From Candidatus Falkowbacteria bacterium (lineage in GTDB: Bacteria; Patescibacteriota; Patescibacteriia; UBA11705; JABHMO01): a stretch of 64,000 nucleotides of DNA. The position numbers were made by a program, and so were the translations under genes. Positions 18,089-29,216 of this stretch are shown here, in pieces. Location: positions 72,154 through 136,153 of the forward strand of contig JABHMO010000043.1 in assembly GCA_018693855.1 (NCBI GenBank). The letters run 5' to 3'. Under the pieces are notes generated by a model. It saw nothing but the letters and a program-made list of their open reading frames with translations. It was not told the DNA's origin and made no database searches. Each line of letters opens with the position of its first letter. Positions within the stretch are counted from its first letter, which is position 1.

Positions 18089-18769
18089 CTATTTGAAATA
18101 TTTATCATCCTTAACCAATTCAACCGCTTCATCATACATTTTTTGCAAATCATGATGTTCTTGCCAATTTATGAGCATAGCTTCTCTTAAATTTTCATGA
18201 ATTTTATATCCAAAATCCTTATCGTTTGTTATTTCTGTAAACGGACCATTCAAAATAACGGTTGAAGCTTCCTTTATAAACTCGTACTGCTCTCGAGTAA
18301 CTTGTTTCCAGATCTTTTCACCATAATATGCGAAGAATTGAAAATGTAACAGTTCATGAATGAAGGTCATCAAGTTACGATCAAGTGAATCATCGACGAC
18401 AAGCCAGACATAACCATTATCAAAACTATACGGGCATCTTTTTATTGTTGTAATAAAACAAGTAAAATCATCACGATATATTTTATGACCAGTTAAATTT
18501 TCCATTATCTGAAACAATTTGTCTTTACTGTCATCAAAACCTTGCTGAAGCGAAGACACAACTTTTTCTATATCAAAATCCTCATACAATTTTTCTAGAA
18601 TCGGTTTTAGATAGGCATAAGCTTCTGCCTCTGTTTTCCCAATAATAAACGGCCAATGCTTTTCGTCTATCCTTTGCTTCCAATCAACGCCATGAGAACT
18701 GTTATTACAAGCATGCCACCAGTTCCAAGTGTCTTTTTTGATATCTAGTTTCATTTCTATTGTTGGCAT
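18089..18769 (-). CDS. Hypothetical protein with an HExxH motif (possible zinc metallopeptidase fold)
   Basis: It encodes 226 aa with a FIHELLHFQF motif and no signal peptide. Composition is AT-rich and host-like. Confidence 0.4.
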   Translation of the reverse strand: MPTIEMKLDIKKDTWNWWHACNNSSHGVDWKQRIDEKHWPFIIGKTEAEAYAYLKPILEKLYEDFDIEKVVSSLQQGFDDSKDKLFQIMENLTGHKIYRDDFTCFITTIKRCPYSFDNGYVWLVVDDSLDRNLMTFIHELLHFQFFAYYGEKIWKQVTREQYEFIKEASTVILNGPFTEITNDKDFGYKIHENLREAMLINWQEHHDLQKMYDEAVELVKDDKYFK

Positions 18770-18894
18770 ATATAGAATATTATTGATAATAAATCCATAT
18801 ATATATTATATCATTGCCCTATAAGTAATAAAACAATGCCTTAACGTAAAACTTTTCACAATTTGACAAAATGCGTCAAAAATGCCAAACATCA

Positions 18895-18923
18895 TTGACA
18901 AATATTGATAAATGTACTATATT
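18895..18923 (+). promoter_or_regulatory. Sigma70-type promoter (TTGACA-17-TATATT) for the lipoprotein gene at 18975
   Basis: TTGACA sits at 18895-18900 and TATATT at 18918-18923. A GGAGGA Shine-Dalgarno lies 8 nt before the ATG. Confidence 0.55.
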
Positions 18924-18974
18924 GAAAATGAATAGTAGCTGTAACAAAAACCCCAAGCCTGTGGAGGAAAGATA

Positions 18975-19526
18975 ATGAAACGCTACACTTCGTTCTTTTA
19001 TATCATGCTTTTCGTATTTCTCCTGTCGCCGGCCTGCACCGGTGGCGGAGCGCCCGATCAGGGCGACAACGACGTCTACGACACAGATGAAGGTAACGTC
19101 GGCGACATCGATCAGATCGATGTGACTGACAACACCGAAATCAACGACGAAACGCCGAGCGACACGGCTGAGGAGCCGGTCGAAGAGGTTGAAGAGCCGG
19201 ACACGCAAATCGATCCACGTACTCCATTCCTGCCACTCGAGGGTGAATGGGAATGCGTAGAAGGTGATGGTTTTTACCAAGGAGATATCGTCAACCTACG
19301 TATTGCTGAATGGGACGCTGAACGGGAAGCCGTCAAGGTCATTGGCATCCAGCCATGTCCACGACTAGGCTTTTCGCAAAAAATCGCAGAAGATATTACG
19401 TTCTATGGTGCAATGGGCACTAAGTTCGAAGAAATTCTTTGCGACAACGGCACATTCAATCAAGGAATGAACATACTAACGTTCGATGCTGACGGAATCT
19501 TCTTCCAATACGAAAAACTGGAGTAG
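18975..19526 (+). CDS. Hypothetical acidic lipoprotein
   Basis: Its signal peptide ends in a lipobox (LSPAC), followed by a D/E-rich linker. The gene is GC-rich with a strong Shine-Dalgarno. A hairpin terminator lies at 19531-19562. Confidence 0.5.
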   Translation: MKRYTSFFYIMLFVFLLSPACTGGGAPDQGDNDVYDTDEGNVGDIDQIDVTDNTEINDETPSDTAEEPVEEVEEPDTQIDPRTPFLPLEGEWECVEGDGFYQGDIVNLRIAEWDAEREAVKVIGIQPCPRLGFSQKIAEDITFYGAMGTKFEEILCDNGTFNQGMNILTFDADGIFFQYEKLE

Positions 19527-19659
19527 TAAAGCCTGCTGGAACTTCGTCCACAGGCTTTTTCAATTCAAAAATCAATAGACAAAAACAGAGGCCTAATACC
19601 CCTGTTTTTATATTTTTTTTTATAACCATCAACGAACAAATGACTCAAGCAATAAACTT

Positions 19660-22600
19660 CTAGAAAAAATCCTGTGTACTTTGATCAGCAGCTGACTCTG
19701 GTCGAACATAAATATAAGAGCTGTACCACTGTCCTGTAGATTCATCAGATGATCTCATAAGACACTCACCATCGTTGCCATTTAGCCCGTCACCTAACTG
19801 GTAAACTTCTACAACATTTTGATTACACCAATTCCAATTGTCAGATACTGTAACGCGTGGTTTATATCGACACCACAGATTACCTTCTCGTAATACATGA
19901 CAATTTTCATTAACAACTTCATCGTCCTCGTCAACTGAACCACAAACAGGTAAACTCTCAGGTGAAGCACAAGTATAAGAATGAGAATAGTTAAAGTAAT
20001 CATCCGTACATGATTCAAAGGTATCACCCCAATTATCATAAGTATCAGTAGAGCAAGTGGCTGGTCTTCCAGTAAAATCAATTATACCATCACAATCAGA
20101 AGTTGAAGAGCAAGAATATCCAGGGATCATCTGACCATTATCTAGACACAGTCCAAGTTTTTCATGTTCTTGCCTTTGACATCTAGGTTTATGGTTTTTC
20201 AACTTACCAGTTGGTCCAGTTGGATCACTCTTATCTCCCCAATCAATTTTGACTTTTTTAATTGGCATTGCGTTTCTATCAGCCCATGCATAGAACTTCA
20301 AACTGACATCTGCTTGCGCACCAATTATTTCAACTGGCCCAGAACTGCTAGCACCGTCACCTGAAACAACTGTAATTGTGTTTGGAATAGCAGTATTAAT
20401 ATCATTATCATTAACAGTCTCAGCTACTCCCATTACAATCGGAGAATACACTTTATCGCCTAAACCTGCAGAAGAGTTAAAACTTTTCGTTAAATTATCC
20501 CAAGGCAAAGATGAAGTTGTATCTTCTACGTATTTCCATGCATACAAACCAACATTATCTCCAGCAGAAGTGCTATCATAGCTATGATCAAATACTGAAC
20601 TAGATTGAGCAAATAATCTTTTCAACTGCCAGTCCGAAACATTAGAGCTAGATTCCTTACTGATATCAAAACACATTGTTCCGCCGGCATAAGCAGCTTT
20701 AGAACCTAAGTTTAATCCTTGATCTACCACACCTTGACACTCTTTACGATTGGATTGAAGAGAAGATTCTCTAGAATTATCCTCACCAACCGCCAAATAA
20801 TTATACATGAAGAAACTACTAGTATCTTGAAGTGAGCTTGAATCATCAGGCAGAGCACCTAGAAAGCCACAAGCTTCAGGATATTCCAATGATTCTTCAA
20901 TAGACATTAGTGAAGCTTTTTCAGCGTCTAAATTACTTCCAATTAAATTATCCATTGAACCTCCGCTGAATGTATTACAGTTCGCCAAACCAACAGAACC
21001 TGTATCGCCACCACTTCTCACTTTATAATAATGATCTGAATAAATAGGACTAGAACTTGGAATTACCACGTACTTTGAGCAAACAGGAGCATCAGCTTCA
21101 TACAGCTCAATAGATGGTGTTCCTTGTCTTGTGATTAAATGCTTTGCCGCAATCATATTTGGTTCTTGATACTCTTTTGTATGTACTTGTCTATCAGAGT
21201 TATACTCTACTTGTATCTTTGCGTAGCAGTATTTAGTACCTAGACCACTTGGTTTCTTACAAGACATCTCCTCATCACAATCAGAATCACTATTACACAG
21301 ATTATCTGAACTTAAAGAATTTGTTGCATATCTAGTTCCTGAATCATTAATACAACTTAGATATTCACAGTCATCATCTGTACTTTCACAATTAGCATCG
21401 CCAGTATACAGTGCTCCACTAAACTTAAAATCTTCTTTTCCATCTCCATCATTATCAATATCGTCATCACACTGTTTTTTAGTTGTGTAAACACAATCCT
21501 CACAAAAGATATGATCACCTGAAGATGTATCTATACTATAAGAATGAACTCCGTTCGCTGTATAGTCTCTATTCAGGGCACTGCTTGCAAAATTCGGACC
21601 ATTATCAAAATACCATGAAAGTTTTGAATTATCAGCATTAGCATCTGTCACGCCAGTATACTCAGGAATGCATTCATGATGAGTAACAATAGTATCAGCA
21701 ATCTCTCGTTTATCACCAACACCTGGAACAAACGGACCTCCTTTATACAACTTCCATGATTTTGCATCAAAAAACGTTGTCAGACCTGGACGATATCCTT
21801 CTGGACAAACTGGTCCATTATAATCAGGACCAAAAGACCCTGTCCACGGATCTTCAATCGCAGCATCTCCATTGTTTTTAGCTCCACACTGTCTGAGGAG
21901 AGCTTTTGCAATAGTTAGTGAATCAAAAGCTTTCTGATTATAACTTGTTGGATCTGATGCTAAATTAGTTGTCCCAGCAATTAAACTATTAAAATAATCT
22001 TTATACTCTGGCCAATAATCATTACTAGGAACATTCGGCATATTATAATGAAGAGCGCCTTCATAACCATCTGAATAAGAATACATTCTATAAACATCCT
22101 CAAAAGAGGCTCCATGGAAGAACTCCCACCAAGGAGTACCATTAGTCCACTTCACATACGCAGAATTCCAATCAGATTGTTTATATTGCGTGTTTGGTTT
22201 CCAGTCACCGACCTTAGTATTCATCATATTTCCTTCGTTCTGTGTAATCGTAAATGACTGATCACCATCTTTACTATAAAAATTCCGAGGTGCAGCCAAC
22301 TCATCGTCATAATCCAGACTTAAATTGGAATTTAAACCATCATAATCACCACAACTTAAACTTCCGTCAGTTCTAGCAATGTAAGTATGACGTTTTTCCC
22401 ATCGCTCTGGTTCCACACAAAATTTAGGATCATCAGTACCTGCATATTCATCATCAATATAGAAACCAGCTTCTTCATGATTATCACGCAAATTGTTCAA
22501 ACCTTGCATGTTGTTTGTTGGATACCAGATTAAACATGGATGTTCTGATGTGTCATAAAGTACAGTTGATTCATCGTATTGCAAACAATATCCACTCAAA

Positions 22601-25600
22601 CCAGTATATTTAACTTTGTTCTTGTTTGCTTTTGCACATAAACCATTGTCTCCACAATCTTTAGTAGAGCAAGACTGATCTGTATCAATTACTGGATACT
22701 CTGAATCAGTGTCAGGAATTTTTTCAGGTGTTAAATCACAGGTACACGCAACATCTAAGTTATTCATACAGAATCCTGCATCAGGTGCTGGACTATAATC
22801 TGAATAGTTTGGATAGAACCGTTCATCAGAGCCATATCGATAACTCGTATAGAAACAACCATAATCTTTGTTATCACGTCCGGCAGGATTTTCTCGATGT
22901 GCAGAACTTAATGTAATAGTATTCACATTCTCATATCCTTCAACAGTATTTTCATCTATATATGATGGAAACGGAGATTCTTTCTGCGGATAAACTCGAC
23001 AACTCACAGCTGCTGAATCAGACAACGTTTCACTACCCGTTATAGACATTAAACATCTTCCATCAATATATTTACATTTTGCATCCAAGTCATTGTTACA
23101 CAGAGCACGACACTCGCTTCTAGTTGTATACTTATAACTAACTAATCTAAAATTCTCATCTGGGTATTCACATTTTGTATCACATGGATAATCTTCTCTT
23201 TCACCACATGAGTACGGTACATTATTTGGATTTGGACAAGAATTACCCGGTTCAACATAATTACCATCATCACATTTATTCAAATTACATTCTGTGTCAG
23301 TACTACAAATAGGATTTCCAACAGTACCACCACAGAATCGCGCTACTCTACAAATATTTGTACCCGTACAGTCATTATTGTTATAACATGCAACACCGGT
23401 GGACTCACCAGTTTCTCGACTATAACAGTACTTAGTGTTAACATCGATCGCTGTGTAATAGTTAAGTGGTGCCTTATCAACAATCGCATATCCAGAATAA
23501 TCCAAATCAAACCAACCCGTGTTTCTCGTTTTATATTTATCACCCGAAGTTAATGGTTCATTATTAGATAATAAATTTCTGGCAATTGGTGTTGTTACAA
23601 AATGTGCACATTTTCCATCAGCAGCAAGTTCTGTACATAAACCAAGCTCGTCACATTCTTCAACGTACGTATTGGCACGAGAGTCCCAACTCCAATGAGT
23701 ACTCTTACAGCCATACCAAGATGAACAAACTCTATCCTTCTTAACTTTAACAATTAAATTCGAGTCATTTTGTAATAATTTTCTAGCTGTACACTTGGCA
23801 TTTGTCTCAAGCAAATCTTCACTAATAGCCGTACTTCCCCCATCAGCACAAACAAATTGATCACCACTAACACCTGGAGCTGCATCTATCTGTTTTATTT
23901 TATCTAAACATAAATCAACCATGTCATTTCCAGCGTCCTCATAGATGGCCAGACATGCCTCCATTGCTCGACAATAAGTATATTCAGGAGAGCTACAATT
24001 TGGTTCAGTAATAATTGTATCTACATTATTATCATTATATTTCAGAGGCGACTGTGGTACATTCTCCTGTCTAACTTTGAAATATGTTTGATAAGCATTT
24101 CCAAGTTCATTACTTGACTGTGAAGTATCGCTTAACATCACACAACCAATATTTCTATCAACAGCACTATTACAACTTGTTTTATCAATATTTTCGTCGT
24201 TTAGATAATAGTAAGCCTTACCTCCATAATTTTTTAATAATGAAGCACCACTACCAACCATATTCTCTCGATCTGTTGGATCTAGGAAAGCAGTACATTT
24301 ATCAGCTTTGTTTTCACAAATTCCAACATAACCATCATAATCAGCGTCATCATTTCTAACAACATGATCCGTACCGTCATAATAATAATCTTTTGTTTCA
24401 CAAGGAATATCACCTTCATAATCATCTAAATCTGATTTTCTAATAAACCAACCTTCATAAGTATTACTTGCTCCAAGTAGAGAAACTGCTGTACCTTGAC
24501 GATATTCACAAACCCTATCATACGGATTTCTAAAATAGTAATTTGAACCATCCTTGTCAGTAAACTCTTCACATCCCTCTTCCGTTTCAGAACACAGAAT
24601 ATTTGAGTTCAATAAGTTATCAGGATTTATTACATAGAACTCTTCATCATATATACCTTGACCTTCTTTTTCTTTAACCACAGTACTACTGACTGTTGGA
24701 ATTAATAATAGATTCCCCGGATTATTTGGATCTTCAATAGAAACGCTTTGATTTGAAACAACGGTTAATTCAGGTTTCCCAACCGCAGTACAACCTTTTG
24801 ACCCAGCAGGACAACGACTATCATCATTTAAAACGAGATACAACCATTCATCAGCTCCGAAATTAATATATGACTTATCAGGATCTACCGATCCTGCCTG
24901 TTCAACTGGTGATGTATTTGCTGCAATTTCAATTGATTTTGGTTGATAGTCCTGACTGTTCTTTGTATCTATAACAGCTTCACAACCAACCTTGCTTTCA
25001 TCACAAAGTGAACTAAATCCTTTTAGATAATGAGTTGCACCATCTTTATCATTATACTCACGACATCCAACCATTGCTCGAGGTAGATCTCGAGTTGTGC
25101 TGTTTAATGTTATATCATTATCACAAGTCACAGGAATATCCCATGAATCTTTTATCAAATAATTAACATCATTCTTTTGAGCAATCTTATAATTATCTAT
25201 ATAGAAAGTGTTTTCACCAATAGACATAATCTCTACAGTTAAATTTGCTGAGATATTACCCTGAACTAAGAAATTAAATGTTTTGTACTCCCAATTTGAC
25301 TGACTAACACTAACAACACCAGAATCAAACGTTTCTCCACTAGGAGTTCCATCAGTAACAATCACTCGAATATCTGACGTTGCTGAACTTGCATCAGCTT
25401 TAATCCAGAAAGACAAAGCGTAATCGCCAAAACCACTTGCGACCAAATTTGTATATTCAGGTTTCGTACTTAATGTTTGTGAAACACCTCCAAAAACCAA
25501 GATTGGACCTTGATCTCTTGATTCAACTCTAAGAATTCTTTTCTGTTCTTCCTGTGATACATAATCAAATGCAGCACTTTTCTCTTCCCAATCAGAGAAG

Positions 25601-28600
25601 TTTGTTTCCAAAATAGTCTGTTCATCACCAGCAAAATTACCTCTATACTCTCGACATCCAGCACTATCAGAATCACAGGTTATACCTTCTCCAGGAATAG
25701 CCATGAAAATACATTCATTGTTCTGCCAAACACCTTTTCGCTGTTCACACTGAGACTGAGCTAGGACTGTAACAAACTGAGTACCTGTAAATTCAGTATA
25801 ATCTTGATATTGAAGAGTTCTTCTGTATGGATGACAGTTTTCACTACAAGAAATAACCTGAGAACTTAATCGATATGAAGCTTTTCCATCCTCATCGTAA
25901 TACTCTAGACAATCAGGGTTAGATTTACCTGCAAAAACATCAGCATTACAGCTAGCAGCGTTTGTCGCAGCGTCCAAAGTCGCGGGTTGAGTAACGTTGC
26001 TATCAGATTTCAAATAATGTGATTTTAACTGATATCCAGCATCTTCACTTGATTCCCAAGTAAAGTACATTGCACAACTACTTTCATTTTCAGGAACTTT
26101 CACGCAATGTTTCAACTGTTTGTAATACTCTTTTCCTTCCCCACCAACAGCTAGTTCGTCTAAATTAGTAAACTCTTCACAACCAACATTCTGAGCATCA
26201 CACTTCTCAGCACTTCTTGTAATTAAATATATAGGAAACTCTTCTTGTTCATAAAAAGTTTCTTCTTTTTTGAATGATTTATAACCAGCACACTCTTGCG
26301 GACAGTAATCTTGTGCTGAAGCAATACCGTAAACCTCACTTCCACCATCAGTTGGTCTATACTCATCACAACCAACTTCCTTTGCAGTACAGATCTCTGC
26401 AAAGTTTTCACAACCTCGTGGAAATGGACCTTGATCTTGGTTAGTCGCTGCTGTGCTTGCTAAAACAACTGAACTATCATACGGAGTTCCATAAATAGAA
26501 GCACTATTATAGCTAGTATCATAACAACCAATATACGAAGGCGCTTTTTGAACATAATTAATATTATTCAATGTAGAATCAGCACCATACGGTACGTATG
26601 AATGAGTTAAACCTTCCGCAGGAAAACTAATCTCCTCAACCATAATATCATCAATCTTCGCTCCTCCTGTTACTGTGAAAATCGGTTGTATCCAGATCCT
26701 ATTTTCTCGTAAAAAAGTTAAATCACTATTTTGAATATTGTTTGGAACAGTCTCAATTATTGAATAAATTCTATCCCAACTACCAGCAACAACCTCATCA
26801 CTACTATAAGAGCTAAAGTCTGTTGTTGTGTACAGAGTTGGTTTCGCAGCAGAGACGTGCGGTGAATACAGGTCAATTGCAACAGTTGAGCTATCTGATT
26901 CTTTTTTAATAAAAGCGGAAACAACAAAGTACCGTTTATTCTTCTTATAAACATTACCTATCTTCGGTCCATTTAAAACACCACTACTAGCAAAACTAAC
27001 AGCTGCAGTTCCTGACATTGCATCGTCAACCAAGAAACAGTTACTACCTCCACAATTAATACCAGCAGCTAAATTAGCATCATCCATTGCGCCTACATAT
27101 TCTTCAAAACTACTGTTTGGAGCTTGGTTTGAACCATAATCAACTTTTGTTCTAACAACTTCTGTACAACCTTCATCTGTTCGAGAACAACTTTGTGCTT
27201 CAACATTTTTATTTAATCTTATAATTGAATTACTAATATTATCATGAGAATAATCACTATTTTCATCATCTAACCAGTTCCACTGGTCTGTTACTTTTGA
27301 CATAGCAAGAGCGTACCATGAGCAACCAGCATTTGCACCATCACACATTCTATTATCAACTGTTTTATATACATAACCTTCAGTTCCACCACCTCGAATC
27401 TTCAAGCTTTTACAACTATCAAATGAAGCGAAACATTCATTTCCACCGAACTTCCAACTGTTCTTTTCTGCGGCACAGTATCCCCATGACTCACATTCTC
27501 CATTATCACTTTCCTTAATACAAGTCTTTACATCAGCACAATAAGAATTACGAGCATTTGTTCCTGGTGCAAGTAATTCTTCACCGTATCCTTCAATTTC
27601 ACATTTTGCTTTAGGGTATTTTAATATCCAATTTGGATTAATTAACCCTTCATACGGACTACCTGAAATATTAAACCCGTCTATTACTGTATTTAACGAG
27701 ACATTACCACCCGATGTTTCATTTAGAGTCGCAGCAATCTCCCAACCAATAGGTATAACTCGAGAGGTTCTAAGCTTTACTAAATTTGAATAACAAAAAC
27801 CTAACTCATAACAAGTATCAGTTGAATTTCTTGCATCATTTTTATGTATAATAGGTTTGTTACCATTGATATATTCCTGTTCAATAGCTTGAGCAACTGT
27901 TAAAGGTTCTCTTTGAGTTGCCATTCGAACAGCTTGCGCAAAGTTATGATCCATTACACAGTTGAACATGGTTGCATTTTTTGGACAACTAACAAAGTCA
28001 GATAATAGATTTATTTCCTTTGGATTATAATTTACACTAACTTTTTGTACTGTTGAATTAGCAAAAGATCTTTCGATTCTATCATCTCTTTTTTGTTGAC
28101 TTAAGTATCCAAAAGCAGCTCCCTGTGGTGGCACATACTCATCTGCTTCACTCTTAATACCAAAATCAAGTAATTTTTGAGTAGCAACTTTTAATCCCTG
28201 AGAAACAAATGTTGTTAAAAAAGCACTTAAAACTGCTGCGGGAATATCAGACATAACATGCATAGCAGGACCAAGTTCCGTTTTTTCCGCTTCCTGAATA
28301 GCTGAGACTTCATTCATGATATACCCACGCCTCAACCAGGCTGGAGTGGTAATATCTTTTCCAGAAATACTAGTTTTTGCTTTCATTCCTTGTCCTTCTC
28401 GTCGCTGTTCTTTCTCTGCAGAGAGAAGCTCGGCTTTAGTCTTATTTAATTGACCTTCAACAGTTAAAGCTATTCCGATATCAGCAGTTTCACGACTGGT
28501 TGCCACTTCCCAGCCAGACTCGAGCATCTTACCAGTCATAAAAGCAGCCAATTTATTTGGATCGTCTTTATATAAGGACTCATATGAACGATATTTTTCT

Positions 28601-29190
28601 GCTAGACTTGCACCAAGTGCTTCATAGTTACCTTTAATTTTAGTAAAAGTACAAAGAGGTTTCTCCTGCTCTTGATCATCCGGAATATCAAGTCCAAGTG
28701 TAATCTGCATTTTCAAACTAACATCAGGATCACAGATATCAAATCCAAGAGAATCCCAAACAGAGCCACGCAATGAATCTAAAAACTTACCAGTCGTATT
28801 ATCCACTATATCTTTTTGGAACTTTGCCCAAGTTTTTGAATAAAACATTGGATCACCTTTACCTTGCATGGCTTTTAGTGATTCAATAGCAGCCGTCCTA
28901 GCCAGACTTACCATTGCATTCCTCATTGTCAAAGCTGCCGTCAATTTAATCGAATTCCATAATTCAACAGTAATCGCCTCTTCAAGCTCATCAGCCAATT
29001 CATTCGCAGTATCAGTAAACCACTGATTAATATCTGTAGCTAAAGAAGTCGATTCAATCGCTTCTAACGCTGGAGCAGAGACAACTTGTCCAAACGCAAC
29101 ACCTGGTGCAACCAATTGAAAACAAACCAAAAATATAACGACTTTTGTAAATAGACGATTTAAACGATTAGGTCGATGAGAAGAATTCAT
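19660..29190 (-). CDS. Giant secreted Cys-rich protein (3176 aa), probably a cell-surface or adhesin protein
   Basis: It is a single uninterrupted ORF with host-like codon usage and an N-terminal signal peptide. It is extremely rich in Cys, Asn, Asp and Gly, with many CxxC/CxC clusters. The membrane-anchored TSP3-repeat protein gene sits immediately upstream. Confidence 0.7.
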   Translation of the reverse strand: MNSSHRPNRLNRLFTKVVIFLVCFQLVAPGVAFGQVVSAPALEAIESTSLATDINQWFTDTANELADELEEAITVELWNSIKLTAALTMRNAMVSLARTAAIESLKAMQGKGDPMFYSKTWAKFQKDIVDNTTGKFLDSLRGSVWDSLGFDICDPDVSLKMQITLGLDIPDDQEQEKPLCTFTKIKGNYEALGASLAEKYRSYESLYKDDPNKLAAFMTGKMLESGWEVATSRETADIGIALTVEGQLNKTKAELLSAEKEQRREGQGMKAKTSISGKDITTPAWLRRGYIMNEVSAIQEAEKTELGPAMHVMSDIPAAVLSAFLTTFVSQGLKVATQKLLDFGIKSEADEYVPPQGAAFGYLSQQKRDDRIERSFANSTVQKVSVNYNPKEINLLSDFVSCPKNATMFNCVMDHNFAQAVRMATQREPLTVAQAIEQEYINGNKPIIHKNDARNSTDTCYELGFCYSNLVKLRTSRVIPIGWEIAATLNETSGGNVSLNTVIDGFNISGSPYEGLINPNWILKYPKAKCEIEGYGEELLAPGTNARNSYCADVKTCIKESDNGECESWGYCAAEKNSWKFGGNECFASFDSCKSLKIRGGGTEGYVYKTVDNRMCDGANAGCSWYALAMSKVTDQWNWLDDENSDYSHDNISNSIIRLNKNVEAQSCSRTDEGCTEVVRTKVDYGSNQAPNSSFEEYVGAMDDANLAAGINCGGSNCFLVDDAMSGTAAVSFASSGVLNGPKIGNVYKKNKRYFVVSAFIKKESDSSTVAIDLYSPHVSAAKPTLYTTTDFSSYSSDEVVAGSWDRIYSIIETVPNNIQNSDLTFLRENRIWIQPIFTVTGGAKIDDIMVEEISFPAEGLTHSYVPYGADSTLNNINYVQKAPSYIGCYDTSYNSASIYGTPYDSSVVLASTAATNQDQGPFPRGCENFAEICTAKEVGCDEYRPTDGGSEVYGIASAQDYCPQECAGYKSFKKEETFYEQEEFPIYLITRSAEKCDAQNVGCEEFTNLDELAVGGEGKEYYKQLKHCVKVPENESSCAMYFTWESSEDAGYQLKSHYLKSDSNVTQPATLDAATNAASCNADVFAGKSNPDCLEYYDEDGKASYRLSSQVISCSENCHPYRRTLQYQDYTEFTGTQFVTVLAQSQCEQRKGVWQNNECIFMAIPGEGITCDSDSAGCREYRGNFAGDEQTILETNFSDWEEKSAAFDYVSQEEQKRILRVESRDQGPILVFGGVSQTLSTKPEYTNLVASGFGDYALSFWIKADASSATSDIRVIVTDGTPSGETFDSGVVSVSQSNWEYKTFNFLVQGNISANLTVEIMSIGENTFYIDNYKIAQKNDVNYLIKDSWDIPVTCDNDITLNSTTRDLPRAMVGCREYNDKDGATHYLKGFSSLCDESKVGCEAVIDTKNSQDYQPKSIEIAANTSPVEQAGSVDPDKSYINFGADEWLYLVLNDDSRCPAGSKGCTAVGKPELTVVSNQSVSIEDPNNPGNLLLIPTVSSTVVKEKEGQGIYDEEFYVINPDNLLNSNILCSETEEGCEEFTDKDGSNYYFRNPYDRVCEYRQGTAVSLLGASNTYEGWFIRKSDLDDYEGDIPCETKDYYYDGTDHVVRNDDADYDGYVGICENKADKCTAFLDPTDRENMVGSGASLLKNYGGKAYYYLNDENIDKTSCNSAVDRNIGCVMLSDTSQSSNELGNAYQTYFKVRQENVPQSPLKYNDNNVDTIITEPNCSSPEYTYCRAMEACLAIYEDAGNDMVDLCLDKIKQIDAAPGVSGDQFVCADGGSTAISEDLLETNAKCTARKLLQNDSNLIVKVKKDRVCSSWYGCKSTHWSWDSRANTYVEECDELGLCTELAADGKCAHFVTTPIARNLLSNNEPLTSGDKYKTRNTGWFDLDYSGYAIVDKAPLNYYTAIDVNTKYCYSRETGESTGVACYNNNDCTGTNICRVARFCGGTVGNPICSTDTECNLNKCDDGNYVEPGNSCPNPNNVPYSCGEREDYPCDTKCEYPDENFRLVSYKYTTRSECRALCNNDLDAKCKYIDGRCLMSITGSETLSDSAAVSCRVYPQKESPFPSYIDENTVEGYENVNTITLSSAHRENPAGRDNKDYGCFYTSYRYGSDERFYPNYSDYSPAPDAGFCMNNLDVACTCDLTPEKIPDTDSEYPVIDTDQSCSTKDCGDNGLCAKANKNKVKYTGLSGYCLQYDESTVLYDTSEHPCLIWYPTNNMQGLNNLRDNHEEAGFYIDDEYAGTDDPKFCVEPERWEKRHTYIARTDGSLSCGDYDGLNSNLSLDYDDELAAPRNFYSKDGDQSFTITQNEGNMMNTKVGDWKPNTQYKQSDWNSAYVKWTNGTPWWEFFHGASFEDVYRMYSYSDGYEGALHYNMPNVPSNDYWPEYKDYFNSLIAGTTNLASDPTSYNQKAFDSLTIAKALLRQCGAKNNGDAAIEDPWTGSFGPDYNGPVCPEGYRPGLTTFFDAKSWKLYKGGPFVPGVGDKREIADTIVTHHECIPEYTGVTDANADNSKLSWYFDNGPNFASSALNRDYTANGVHSYSIDTSSGDHIFCEDCVYTTKKQCDDDIDNDGDGKEDFKFSGALYTGDANCESTDDDCEYLSCINDSGTRYATNSLSSDNLCNSDSDCDEEMSCKKPSGLGTKYCYAKIQVEYNSDRQVHTKEYQEPNMIAAKHLITRQGTPSIELYEADAPVCSKYVVIPSSSPIYSDHYYKVRSGGDTGSVGLANCNTFSGGSMDNLIGSNLDAEKASLMSIEESLEYPEACGFLGALPDDSSSLQDTSSFFMYNYLAVGEDNSRESSLQSNRKECQGVVDQGLNLGSKAAYAGGTMCFDISKESSSNVSDWQLKRLFAQSSSVFDHSYDSTSAGDNVGLYAWKYVEDTTSSLPWDNLTKSFNSSAGLGDKVYSPIVMGVAETVNDNDINTAIPNTITVVSGDGASSSGPVEIIGAQADVSLKFYAWADRNAMPIKKVKIDWGDKSDPTGPTGKLKNHKPRCQRQEHEKLGLCLDNGQMIPGYSCSSTSDCDGIIDFTGRPATCSTDTYDNWGDTFESCTDDYFNYSHSYTCASPESLPVCGSVDEDDEVVNENCHVLREGNLWCRYKPRVTVSDNWNWCNQNVVEVYQLGDGLNGNDGECLMRSSDESTGQWYSSYIYVRPESAADQSTQDFF

Positions 29191-29216
29191 AATATTTTAT
29201 TTTAAGTAAATATAAA

